Positions 1 to 8,832 of a stretch of 58,576 nucleotides of DNA are shown piece after piece (positions within the stretch are counted from its first letter, which is position 1; each line of letters opens with the position of its first letter). The stretch covers positions 1 through 58,576 of the forward strand of contig JAUSIT010000038.1 in assembly GCA_030647965.1 (NCBI GenBank), given 5' to 3'. The notes below the pieces were generated by a model that saw nothing but the letters and a program-made list of their open reading frames with translations, had not been told where the DNA came from and ran no database searches. The stretch is from Nanobdellota archaeon (GTDB lineage: Archaea; Nanobdellota; Nanobdellia; Pacearchaeales; GW2011-AR1). A program made the translations under genes and the position numbers.

Positions 1-273
1 TTCTTAGTAAACAGAAGAAAAGATTATGAATCAGGCGAGAACAAACATCTTTACGGAGCTGATTTAGACTTACAAAAAGAATTTGACATTAAAAAATTAA
101 AGAAAATGAGAGCTTACAAAGGAATAAGGCATCAATTAGGCCAGCCAGTAAGAGGTCAAAGAACAAAGTCACATTTCAGAAAAGAAAAGAAAAGAAAAGG
201 CGCAGTAGGAGTTAAAAAAGCTAAATCACCTGTTGCTCCAAAAGCTAAAACAGAAACTAAACAAAAAAAATGA
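1..273 (+). CDS. rps13: 30S ribosomal protein S13, 5'-truncated by window edge
   Basis: Frame 1 reads ...AYKGIRHQLGQPVRGQRTKSHFR... to TGA at 271-273; precedes rps4-rps11-rpoD. Confidence 0.95.
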   Translation, partial: FLVNRRKDYESGENKHLYGADLDLQKEFDIKKLKKMRAYKGIRHQLGQPVRGQRTKSHFRKEKKRKGAVGVKKAKSPVAPKAKTETKQKK

Positions 274-282
274 TAAACTAAC

Positions 283-828
283 ATGGGCGATATAAAAAGA
301 AAAAGAAAATTATACAGAAGACCGAAAAAGGCATTTGATAGTGCAAGAATCGAAGAAGAAAATGTAATTATGGATAAATATGGACTTAAAAATAAAAGAG
401 AAATTTGGAAAGCAGAATCATGTGTTTCAAAATTAAGAAAAAGGGCTAAATCTTTAATTTCAAAATCTCAAGACGAAAAAGATAAATTTTTTGAAAAATT
501 AAATAATATGGGATTTGTTATAAATGATATTTCAGATGTTTTAAGTTTAACAAAAGAAAATTGGCTTGATAGAAGATTACAAACTTTTGTTTTTAAAAAA
601 AATTTAGCAAATACTCCTTCACAAGCAAGACAATTAATTGTTCATAAACATATTTCAGTTAATGGAAATATTGTTAATATTCCTTCTTTTATGGTTACTA
701 AAGATTTGGAAAATAAACTTGCTTTAAAAAATATAAATGTAAAACAAAAACCTAAAAAAGAAGAAAAAGTTGAAGAAGAAAATACAGAAGAAGCTGAAGA
801 AGAAAATAGTGAGGAACAAACAGAATGA
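283..828 (+). CDS. rps4: 30S ribosomal protein S4
   Basis: KYGLKNKREIWK, LDRRLQT, QARQLIVHKHI motifs; operon position. Confidence 0.97.
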   Translation: MGDIKRKRKLYRRPKKAFDSARIEEENVIMDKYGLKNKREIWKAESCVSKLRKRAKSLISKSQDEKDKFFEKLNNMGFVINDISDVLSLTKENWLDRRLQTFVFKKNLANTPSQARQLIVHKHISVNGNIVNIPSFMVTKDLENKLALKNINVKQKPKKEEKVEEENTEEAEEENSEEQTE

Positions 829-1211
829 CTAAAGATAGTGAGTTAACTGGAATTGTATATATTTATGCTAGTTTTAATAATACTATTGCTCAATTAACAG
901 ATTTAGCAGGAAATACTATTGGAAGAATTTCTGGCGGACAGATTACAAAACATAGTAGATTAAAAGCAAATCCTACAATTGCTATGTTTATTGCGAAAAA
1001 ACTTGCAGAATATGCAAAAGATTATGGTATTAATTCATTATATGTAAGAATCAAAGGTCAAACAAATTCTACAGGGGCAGGGCCGGGAGCAAACTCTATT
1101 GTAAAAACACTTTCAAAAGAAGGATTTAAAGTTATAAGTATATCTGAAATAACCAAAGTTCCAAGGGGCGGACCAAAGAAAAAAGGAGGCAGAAGAGGAA
1201 GAAGGGTCTAA
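825..1211 (+). CDS. rps11: 30S ribosomal protein S11
   Basis: YASFNNT, GPGA, C-terminal GGRRGRRV. Confidence 0.97.
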   Translation: MTKDSELTGIVYIYASFNNTIAQLTDLAGNTIGRISGGQITKHSRLKANPTIAMFIAKKLAEYAKDYGINSLYVRIKGQTNSTGAGPGANSIVKTLSKEGFKVISISEITKVPRGGPKKKGGRRGRRV

Positions 1212-1253
1212 AAACCTTTAAAAATAGAGAATAAATAAAAATAATATTAAACA

Positions 1254-1955
1254 ATGATAAAACAAATCGAAAAAACAGATGAAAAATTAATTTTCAGCAC
1301 AGATATGAATTATAGCTTAGCTAATGCCATAAGAAGAACAGTTAATGAAATACCAGTATTGGCTATTGAAGAAGTTGATATTTACAAAAATGATTCTGCA
1401 CTATATGATCAAATTATTTCACATAGAATAGGATTAATACCTTTAAAAAATCAAAAATTAAAAGACGGGCAAATTATTGAATTAAAATTAAGAGTAACTG
1501 GCGGAGATGTTTTAGCAAAAGAATTAAAAGGTCATGCAGAAGTTGTTTATGGAGATATTCCAATTGTTTTACTTGAAAAAGAACAAGAAATTGAATTAGT
1601 TGCAAGAGCAAGATTAGGAAAAGGAAAAGAGCATGCAAAATTTATTCCTGGTTTAGTTTATTATAGAAATTTACATAAAATAGAAATCTCTAAAGACGGA
1701 GAAAAACATAAAGAACTTGTAGAATTATATCCTAAACTTTTTGAATTCGATGGAAAATTAAAAGTTAAAAATGCATGGGAATGTGATTTAGAACAAGATG
1801 ATTTAAAAGATTTCAAAGGAATTACAATAGATCCAACAAATGAACTTGTTTTTTATATTGAATCATGGGGTCAGTTAAACCCAAAAGATATTTTCATAGA
1901 GTCTATTAAAGAACTTAATGACCAGCTATCAGAAGTATCTAAAGCTCTTAAATAA
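1254..1955 (+). CDS. rpoD: RNA polymerase subunit D (Rpo3)
   Basis: LANAIRR, NDSALYDQIISHRIGLIPL, GKGKEHAKF, ESWGQL. Confidence 0.96.
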   Translation: MIKQIEKTDEKLIFSTDMNYSLANAIRRTVNEIPVLAIEEVDIYKNDSALYDQIISHRIGLIPLKNQKLKDGQIIELKLRVTGGDVLAKELKGHAEVVYGDIPIVLLEKEQEIELVARARLGKGKEHAKFIPGLVYYRNLHKIEISKDGEKHKELVELYPKLFEFDGKLKVKNAWECDLEQDDLKDFKGITIDPTNELVFYIESWGQLNPKDIFIESIKELNDQLSEVSKALK

Positions 1956-1961
1956 TGACAC

Positions 1962-2045
1962 GAGGAAGTGCCGGAGCGGTCAAACGGAACACGTTAAGGC
2001 CGTGTTGGCTTAGTGCCTGCAGGGGTTCGATTCCTCTCTTCCTCA
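1962..2045 (+). tRNA. tRNA-Leu, anticodon read as AAG
   Basis: Acceptor GAGGAAG/CTTCCTC + discriminator A; anticodon stem ACACG/CGTGT with loop TT-AAG-GC; long variable arm; GGTTCGATTCC T-arm; usual position between rpoD and rpl18e. Confidence 0.9.
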
Positions 2046-2048
2046 TAG

Positions 2049-2195
2049 ATTGAGGAATCGAAGAGTTCGAATGCTTCAATTCGTAAGAATTGGAGCCACC
2101 AAGAATCCAAGGGATTGTTGTGTGCACTGCAACTCGTAAGAGTTGGAGGATCCAAAAATTTCGTAAGAAATTTTTGTGAGCTCTCTTCCTCATAG
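2049..2195. mobile_element. Multi-hairpin insert bounded by a 15-bp duplication of the tRNA 3' end
   Basis: CTCTCTTCCTCATAG at 2034-2048 and 2181-2195; three hairpins containing TCGTAAGA lie between. Confidence 0.65.
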
Positions 2196-2252
2196 GTAAG
2201 GAAACTACGTTTCCTTGACCATCAACCTTCCTTAAAAATGGAAAAAGAAAAA

Positions 2253-2630
2253 ATGGAAAACAAAATAAGCAAAACAAAAATTGAGAAAAGATTAAGAACA
2301 AAAACAAATTCAGAATTAGTTGGAACAATAATAAAACTTAAAAAAACAAATCCTGAAATTGCAAAAATTCTTGCAATGCCAAAAAAGAAATGGATTGCAA
2401 TAAACTTAGATTTAATTGATAAAAAATCAAAAGAAGGAGATAAAGTATTAGTGCCTGGAAAAGTTTTAAGCTCTGGAAATTTAACAAAAAAAATAAAAAT
2501 TGTTGCATGGTCTATTTCAAAAAATGCAGCTGAAAAAATAAAACAGGCAAAAAGTGAATTTGTCTTAATGCAAGAAGAAATGAAAAAAAATCCTGAACTA
2601 AAAAATTTAAACATGATAAAAAATGACTAA
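2253..2630 (+). CDS. rpl18e: 50S ribosomal protein L18e (start 2238 or 2253)
   Basis: KTNSEL, VLVPGKVLSSG, AAEKI motifs; operon position. Confidence 0.95.
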   Translation: MENKISKTKIEKRLRTKTNSELVGTIIKLKKTNPEIAKILAMPKKKWIAINLDLIDKKSKEGDKVLVPGKVLSSGNLTKKIKIVAWSISKNAAEKIKQAKSEFVLMQEEMKKNPELKNLNMIKND

Positions 2631-3015
2631 AATAATTATTGATGCAGAAAACGAAGTTGTTGGAAGAATGGGAAGTTATGTTGCAAAAGAATTACTTAAA
2701 GGAAATGAAGTTATGATAGTAAATTCTGAAAAAGCAATAATTTCAGGAAACAAGGATGATATTGCTGGAAAATTAAGAAAAACAAGAAAAAAGGGTGGAT
2801 ATTCTATGAAAGGTCCTTTAATTTCAAAAATGCCTGATAGATTATTAAAAAGAATGATAAGAGGAATGTTGCCTTGGGAAACTCAAAGAGGAAGAACTGT
2901 TTATAGAAATTTAAAGTGTTATGTTGGAAATAAAACAAATGAAAAAGCAAAAAAATTAAACATTCAATTACCAAGAAAATATATTACAATTAAACAGATG
3001 ATAGATTTACTATGA
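2623..3015 (+). CDS. rpl13: 50S ribosomal protein L13
   Basis: IIDAEN-VVGR, NSEKAIISG, RMIRGMLP. Confidence 0.96.
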   Translation: MTKIIIDAENEVVGRMGSYVAKELLKGNEVMIVNSEKAIISGNKDDIAGKLRKTRKKGGYSMKGPLISKMPDRLLKRMIRGMLPWETQRGRTVYRNLKCYVGNKTNEKAKKLNIQLPRKYITIKQMIDLL

Positions 3016-3413
3016 ACTTCATGATAACTTCTGGAAAAAGAAAGACTGCAATAGCAAAAGCTACAATAAAATCTGGAAGTGGGATTATAACAATAAATAA
3101 AAAACCTGTTGAATTTTTTCCAATGCTTGCTCAATTAGAATTAAAAGAACCTTTAATGATCGCAGAAGAAACTCTTGGAAAATTAGAATTTGATATTAAT
3201 GTTAATGTTCATGGTGGCGGAACTGCATCAAGAATTGAAGCTTCAAGATTAGCAATTGCAAGAGCAATATTAAAATTTACAAAAAATGAAAAAATAAAAG
3301 CAGATTATTTAGTTTATGATAGAAATATGCTTGTTGCAGATACAAGAAGAAAAGAAGCATACAAACCAGGAGATTCAAAAGCAAGAGCAAAGAGACAGAC
3401 TTCTTATAGATGA
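3012..3413 (+). CDS. rps9: 30S ribosomal protein S9
   Basis: SGKRKTAIA, VHGGG, ARAKRQTSYR. Confidence 0.97.
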   Translation: MNFMITSGKRKTAIAKATIKSGSGIITINKKPVEFFPMLAQLELKEPLMIAEETLGKLEFDINVNVHGGGTASRIEASRLAIARAILKFTKNEKIKADYLVYDRNMLVADTRRKEAYKPGDSKARAKRQTSYR

Positions 3414-3463
3414 TTATTTTTTAATATATATAATCTTAAAAACCTATTTCAAAAGTTATTCTA

Positions 3464-3569
3464 ATCAGAAAAATCTTCTTATTATTTGTGAGATTTTTGG
3501 GATGATCCAAAATTTAGAATCATAATTATATTTAAATACCTCAAAATAAGATTTTAAATTTATGGACAT
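3464..3569 (-). mobile_element. Family A hairpin element inserted at the HAD start codon
   Basis: Minus strand AT-GTCC..stem..GGATCA-TCCCAAAAATCT..AGATTTTTCTG-AT. Confidence 0.7.
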
Positions 3570-4194
3570 GATAAAAGCATTATTATTTGATCTTGATGGA
3601 ACATTAATCCATACTTCAGAAGAATATAGGTATAGTATTTTGGAAAAAACTTTAGGAGAATTAGGAACTTCTGCATCTAAAAAAGATATGGATAAATTTT
3701 GGTTTAAATCAGGAAGAGATAGATTAATTACAAATAATTTTCAGGTAGATTCTGATGAATTTTGGGAAATTTTTCAAAAATATGATTATATAGACGCTAA
3801 AAAAAATTTTATTAAACCTTATGAGGATGTTAATTTTATAAAAGAAATGAAAAAAGCTGGATTTAAGATCGGAGTAGTTACTGGAGCTAAAGAAAGTATT
3901 GCTTTTCTTGAATTAGGATTAATAGGAATCGAAAATTTTGATTCAGTTATAGCTGCAGGATATTCTGATATTAAACATAAACCAGATCCAGAAGGAATAA
4001 ATCTTTGTTTAAGTCAACTTAAGATTAATAATAAAGAAGCAGTTTATGTTGGAAATTCTGAAGAAGATATTTTTGCTGCAAGAAATGCAGAAGTTCTTGA
4101 TTTTTTAATAGATAGAAAAGAATGCAAATTTCCAAATTTACATCCTTCTTTTAAAATAAACTCGTTATATGAATTAAAAAATTATATTTTCTAA
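3568..4194 (+). CDS. HAD-superfamily hydrolase
   Basis: FDLDGTL motif I, KPDP, YVGNS..D; true start probably 3568 (MIKALLFD). Confidence 0.9.
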   Translation: MIKALLFDLDGTLIHTSEEYRYSILEKTLGELGTSASKKDMDKFWFKSGRDRLITNNFQVDSDEFWEIFQKYDYIDAKKNFIKPYEDVNFIKEMKKAGFKIGVVTGAKESIAFLELGLIGIENFDSVIAAGYSDIKHKPDPEGINLCLSQLKINNKEAVYVGNSEEDIFAARNAEVLDFLIDRKECKFPNLHPSFKINSLYELKNYIF

Positions 4195-4197
4195 TTA

Positions 4198-4530
4198 TTA
4201 ATTCCCAGTACCATCTGCCTGTCTTTCAGTATAACCACATTTTTTACATTTGAATAAATAAACATCTGATTCATCGCTATAAGATGCTCCTAAATCAGTA
4301 ACTTCTGATTGGCCATAGCCACATTTAGAGCATTTATGAGGAAATCCTTTTAGATTTTTTTTCTCAACAGCAACACCTTTTCCTAATTTAACTTTTGTTT
4401 CTTTTTCTGAAAAAACTAAATCAGAATGAGTTTCTTTTTTATATCCGCAGCTGCAAACAAGAAATTTTTCTCCATAAATAGTTTCTAATTCCAAAACTTT
4501 CTTACATAATGGGCAAAATTTTAAATGCAT
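4198..4530 (-). CDS. TFS/RpoM-like double zinc-ribbon transcription factor
   Basis: FCPLC..CSCG N-terminal ribbon; CSKCG..SDE..FKCKKCG C-terminal ribbon with acidic DE pair. Confidence 0.8.
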   Translation of the reverse strand: MHLKFCPLCKKVLELETIYGEKFLVCSCGYKKETHSDLVFSEKETKVKLGKGVAVEKKNLKGFPHKCSKCGYGQSEVTDLGASYSDESDVYLFKCKKCGYTERQADGTGN

Positions 4531-4531
4531 T

Positions 4532-5059
4532 TTAATCTTTTTTTAGTTTTTCTTTTAATTTTCTCTGAACAGCATAAAATAATTCTTGAGAAATTAAAGA
4601 TTTATGATTACCTTTATTTAGTTTACCTGCAAATTTTATTTCCCCTAAATATGTTCTGTTAGTTAGTATTTTTTTAAGGCCATTAATAGAAAGCCCGTAA
4701 TTTTTTGAAAGAGTATTTAGAGAATATTCTTTTTCTAAAAAAGTTTTGAATAGTGAATGAACTTTTGCTGCATCTTCATTCATTTCTAATTCCCCATTAA
4801 CTACATTATAACCTAAAGGAGCACGAGTCATAAGTTTGCCTTGTTTTGCTTTTTCATCCATTCCTTCTTTTAATCTATCTCCTGTGCTTTGATTATATTT
4901 CCTAAAAGTATCTATTAATTTCCAATCTAATTTTTCAGTTAAATATTTATCAAAATCATCTTGATTGTCCGGAGCAAAATGAGAGCAAACTCTACATAAA
5001 TTTTTCTCAAATTTTTTACACTCTTTTTGATCTTTATAGCTGCATTTTTCACAAACCAT
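4532..5059 (-). CDS. Serine-recombinase DNA-binding (Recombinase) domain protein with N-terminal Cys cluster
   Basis: KEGM..KAKQG..APLGY, ILTNRTYLG, HKSLISQELFYAVQ; no resolvase catalytic domain visible. Confidence 0.75.
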   Translation of the reverse strand: MVCEKCSYKDQKECKKFEKNLCRVCSHFAPDNQDDFDKYLTEKLDWKLIDTFRKYNQSTGDRLKEGMDEKAKQGKLMTRAPLGYNVVNGELEMNEDAAKVHSLFKTFLEKEYSLNTLSKNYGLSINGLKKILTNRTYLGEIKFAGKLNKGNHKSLISQELFYAVQRKLKEKLKKD

Positions 5060-5127
5060 ATTTATATAAGAAAAAATATAGATTTAAAGTTATCTGATAT
5101 GAAGAAATTTTTTAATAAGAAAATTAA

Positions 5128-5676
5128 TTATCTTGTTTTAAAATAAAAAAAAGCTACAGCAATTCCTGCAATAAATAAAGCTGCTCCAAGAACATTTGAA
5201 GAAGTTTGAGTTAAATCAGAGATAACATTTCCAGTAATATTAGCAGATAAAAAAAATATCCCAGCTACTATTCCTAAAATAGAAGTTATTCCAACCAGAC
5301 CAGTATTATCACTTTTTTGATGCATCCCTAATTTCTTTCTTTCAAAATCATAAACTTCTTTTGCATCTTTACCAAGTTTAGTAAATAAAGTATTATATTG
5401 CTTATCGAGTTTTATAGCTTCTTTTTGTCCTTGTTCGTATAATTTGTCTAATCTCTCTTTAGCATCATAATAATTACCTCGAGCATCCTCATAATCAATC
5501 ATTGTGGTTATTACTCCACGTCCAAAATTACCATAATCATAACGATCATCAGGATTATGCGAACATACACGGTCTAATACACTGTCTACTGCATCAGCTT
5601 TGCGTTCTTTTTTCCTCAAAGCAGATTCATATTTTGCCCTGTGTTCTCTTTTTTTAAATAAATCTAATAAACCCAT
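5128..5676 (-). CDS. Hypothetical protein with two C-terminal TM helices and ITGNVI motif
   Basis: Long ORF; hydrophobic segments flank NITGNVIS. Confidence 0.75.
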   Translation of the reverse strand: MGLLDLFKKREHRAKYESALRKKERKADAVDSVLDRVCSHNPDDRYDYGNFGRGVITTMIDYEDARGNYYDAKERLDKLYEQGQKEAIKLDKQYNTLFTKLGKDAKEVYDFERKKLGMHQKSDNTGLVGITSILGIVAGIFFLSANITGNVISDLTQTSSNVLGAALFIAGIAVAFFYFKTR

Positions 5677-5749
5677 AAGATAATTTAAGTTTGGATATTT
5701 AAATACTTTTCTTAGTAAATCAGAAATGAAGTGCCGTCTACAAAATTAT

Positions 5750-6307
5750 CTAATGAATATCAATTCGTTTAGAACTTATTTTCCCCTTTAATAAAGTTGT
5801 ATAATCATAATCTCTAAATAAATGATGGGCAAATCCATCTGCTAGTGCTCCAAGATATGTTTTTTCTCTTTTTGGCTTAAATCCTTTTTCTTTTGGCAAA
5901 TCTAAGATATTAATATCCCTAGGTTCTAATAAATTATAATAAGCAATATTTTTTCTAAATAAATCTATTTGAGAATCTTTTAAATAACCATCAACTAAAA
6001 CATTTAATTTTTTTGGATACATGCAATTTTTTATCAAACCAGTAATTAATTCTAAACCAACTTCTATAATTAGATTTTCACCATATTTTTCATAATTTTT
6101 TTTAGAAATAATTGAATACCTCATATCTCTTCCATTTTCTAAAGACTTGAATAAAAGAGAATTATCTTTTCTAAGTTTTTTAGTAGGTGTGATTATTATA
6201 TCTTTTTCAAAAGGGGAGGCAATTGCTGTAAAAATTTCAGGAAATCGGCCGTGGTTAGATTCGTCTATTGCAACATTTAACGAGTTTTCAATACCCTTTA
6301 AGGCCAT
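5750..6307 (-). CDS. Hypothetical protein, possible RNase H-like fold
   Basis: AIDESNHG resembles the RNase HII GIDE.G.G motif; later VDG and LAD acidic motifs. Confidence 0.5.
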   Translation of the reverse strand: MALKGIENSLNVAIDESNHGRFPEIFTAIASPFEKDIIITPTKKLRKDNSLLFKSLENGRDMRYSIISKKNYEKYGENLIIEVGLELITGLIKNCMYPKKLNVLVDGYLKDSQIDLFRKNIAYYNLLEPRDINILDLPKEKGFKPKREKTYLGALADGFAHHLFRDYDYTTLLKGKISSKRIDIH

Positions 6308-6429
6308 AAATTCTAAAGAAAATTTTAATATAAAAGGATTTAGGTGTTAAAACATTAAAATCTCTATAAAACAATATATATATATTTGTATAAAGCAATT
6401 CTTTTAAAGTAAGAAGTTTATAAATTATT

Positions 6430-6774
6430 ATGGAAAGAAGAAATTTTTTAGAGAAAATGGCTTTAATTCCAATAATAGCTTATACAGGATGTTCTCAAGA
6501 TAAAACCCAAATACAAGAATATAGGGTTGCTATGAAAAAGGATGCTTTTTCAACTTTTAATTCTATATGTAATGATCAAGATAATAATAGCTATTTCCCA
6601 GGATCTAAATTAGGTTTAGGTGAAAAAATAGTTATACAGCTTGGACCTCGGGATGAAAAAAAATATGCAGAAGGAGATAGTTTAATTCTTGCTCCAAGAA
6701 AAAGAGTAAATTTTGAATGGAATAATATAAAAAGAGATGTTTATTTTGTTAAAAAATCAATAAACTTGAAATAA
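6430..6774 (+). CDS. Putative Tat-exported lipoprotein
   Basis: MERRNFL twin-Arg signal, hydrophobic stretch, TGC lipobox-like Cys. Confidence 0.65.
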   Translation: MERRNFLEKMALIPIIAYTGCSQDKTQIQEYRVAMKKDAFSTFNSICNDQDNNSYFPGSKLGLGEKIVIQLGPRDEKKYAEGDSLILAPRKRVNFEWNNIKRDVYFVKKSINLK

Positions 6775-6788
6775 AATTTTCTTAGAAA

Positions 6789-7685
6789 TTAAGCCTTTAA
6801 TTCTTTAAAAAAATAGGTTTTATGTAATTTTGATTTTAAATTTCTGGGAACAAAATTTTTAGGATAGGGTTTTGCAAGGGTATTTAAAATTTCTTCATGA
6901 GTCTGCTTAAAAACTTGCTTATCCTCTTCAATATAATCTTCTAATTTTGAATAATTAAAAAAACTATCAGAAAAATTAGTTAGTTGTGCTAATTGTTTAA
7001 ATTTTTCAATATAATCTTGCGGTTTATTATAAATGTCTGCATGAAGTTTGAAAAAATTATATCTAAATTCCACTAAGTCATATAAAATATTTAATGGTAT
7101 AGGATTTTTTAAATTTCCTGTTTTTAATTCAGGATTTATTAAATCATAAAGTTTTACCATATCATTCATTCCAACCCTTATGCAACCACTTGAGCAAGGA
7201 GTTCCTAAAGTAAATTCATCTGTTGTTGAATGAATAACACAACTAGTAATCTCTTTATTTGTTTTTTGATCTTTTATTTTCATTCCTAACCCTCTAATTT
7301 CATTATAAGGCATTTTATATGCTTGAGGTTTTCCATTTTCATCAAAAGTATTTGTCCATCTTATTATATCTCCTTTTTTTAAATTTAATAAAGGATAATC
7401 TGCTCCATATCTAAAGATTACTTTTTCTCTTTTATCTGAAATAAATCCATTCCCTAGGGGGGTTGGTGCTCTTCCATTACTTCCTTTTCCAATACCGACT
7501 TCAAAGGAGTATTGCTCTCTAAATTTTCCATTTTCAAAATTAATTAAATCTAGGGAATAGGAAGGTAAATTTATTATTATTTTTTGCTCTAAATCTTGAG
7601 TTTCACTGCCAAAAGAACTTTGTGAAATTGGCAATGCTAAAATAGAACTTGTTTTTATAAAATCCCTTCTAGTTAGTTGTTTCAT
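6789..7685 (-). CDS. L,D-transpeptidase (YkuD-like) with Tat-like signal
   Basis: TRRDFIK signal; IIINLP, VGIG..PTPLG, IHST..GTPCSSGCIRV catalytic motif. Confidence 0.85.
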   Translation of the reverse strand: MKQLTRRDFIKTSSILALPISQSSFGSETQDLEQKIIINLPSYSLDLINFENGKFREQYSFEVGIGKGSNGRAPTPLGNGFISDKREKVIFRYGADYPLLNLKKGDIIRWTNTFDENGKPQAYKMPYNEIRGLGMKIKDQKTNKEITSCVIHSTTDEFTLGTPCSSGCIRVGMNDMVKLYDLINPELKTGNLKNPIPLNILYDLVEFRYNFFKLHADIYNKPQDYIEKFKQLAQLTNFSDSFFNYSKLEDYIEEDKQVFKQTHEEILNTLAKPYPKNFVPRNLKSKLHKTYFFKELKA

Positions 7686-7766
7686 AGAAAGATGATAAAA
7701 AGAGGGTTATTAAAATTTTCTTAATAAACTATATAAGGTCTGATTTCCTTTAATAGATAGATTAAA

Positions 7767-8075
7767 ATGATTGATAATAATACTTTTGAAACATTAGAAC
7801 AAATGATTTATTCTAATCAGCCGGTTGTTTATACAAATTTTTCTGAAGAATATGGGGATCATTTAATAGAACCTTTAATTCCTTTAATTTGTGCAGGTAT
7901 TCTTAAAACCACTAAATATCAATCAAATAATAATGAATGCCGTTTATTTGAGTTAAATCCAAGGATTATAAAAATAATTAAGGAAAATCCTGAACATAAA
8001 AGAGAGTTTTATGAAACTCTTGCAGACGAAGTAGTTGATGAAGATTTATTTTTAGAATGTTCAAGAGGAAATTAA
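7767..8075 (+). CDS. Hypothetical protein
   Basis: ORF with TATA-like element about 30 nt upstream. Confidence 0.55.
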   Translation: MIDNNTFETLEQMIYSNQPVVYTNFSEEYGDHLIEPLIPLICAGILKTTKYQSNNNECRLFELNPRIIKIIKENPEHKREFYETLADEVVDEDLFLECSRGN

Positions 8076-8112
8076 TAAAAAATCCCCCTAAAAACTACTT
8101 TGGATTTTTTAA

Positions 8113-8242
8113 ATGTCAAGAATTTACGAATTCTTGAGCACAATTCAAAACAAAATTCTCCTTGGAGAATTTTTCAAAGTTTTGGATGCCTCAAACTGGG
8201 AACGACAAATCTATAAGTTACATCCGGTTTGAGCAGGAAGAT
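8113..8242 (+). mobile_element. Family A hairpin element, multi-hairpin variant
   Basis: ATGTCAAGAATT-TACG-AATTCTTGAGCAC...; about 95 bp near-identical to 26376-26470. Confidence 0.75.
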
Positions 8243-8270
8243 ATTTAAACTAAAGATCATTTAGTTTAAT

Positions 8271-8504
8271 ATGGCCTTATTAAAAGAGGAATTAGCTAAT
8301 TTTAAACAGTATTATTTCAATTACTTTTCAGAATTTGTTGCAAAACCTTTGAAAAACGTAAGAGATAATTTTTTCAATGGTTTATATGAACCTTATATAA
8401 CAGAAGAAAGAGAAAAATTAGGTCTTGATCGTTTTTTTAGTAAGGGATTACATTTACCTAGATTAGAATTAGATAATAATTTTAGACCAATAAGGCTTCT
8501 TTAA
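8271..8504 (+). CDS. Hypothetical protein
   Basis: Short ORF with TTTAAA upstream. Confidence 0.5.
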   Translation: MALLKEELANFKQYYFNYFSEFVAKPLKNVRDNFFNGLYEPYITEEREKLGLDRFFSKGLHLPRLELDNNFRPIRLL

Positions 8505-8516
8505 ATAAAAATAAAT

Positions 8517-8750
8517 TTAGGTCCTTAAAGGGATTTTATCTTTATTAAAATAAAGTATTAGTGCTAAAAGAGATTCTAAATTAGAGTCTTTTACTATTAT
8601 ATCTGCTTCTCTTGAGGAAATAGAACGATAAAGAATTGTTTTTACTCCTGGACCTTCAATATCTATTTGAGTTTTATAACTTTTAATAAAATAATTGTTA
8701 CCATTAATACTTATAGAATAGGGCTTTGAAGAATTTTCCTCTTTTTCCAT
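8517..8750 (-). CDS. Hypothetical protein
   Basis: Short ORF with TTTAAATA upstream. Confidence 0.5.
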   Translation of the reverse strand: MEKEENSSKPYSISINGNNYFIKSYKTQIDIEGPGVKTILYRSISSREADIIVKDSNLESLLALILYFNKDKIPLRT

Positions 8751-8832
8751 GTTTTTAATAGAATAACTAAGTATTTAAAAATTTGGTTGATTAAAAATAT
8801 TAATGAATAGAAGAATTTCAGAGGAGATTTAA

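Noticed and set aside
1948..2328. 126-aa minus-strand ORF
   Set aside because: Antisense to tRNA-Leu, the hairpin insert and rpl18e; no protein features
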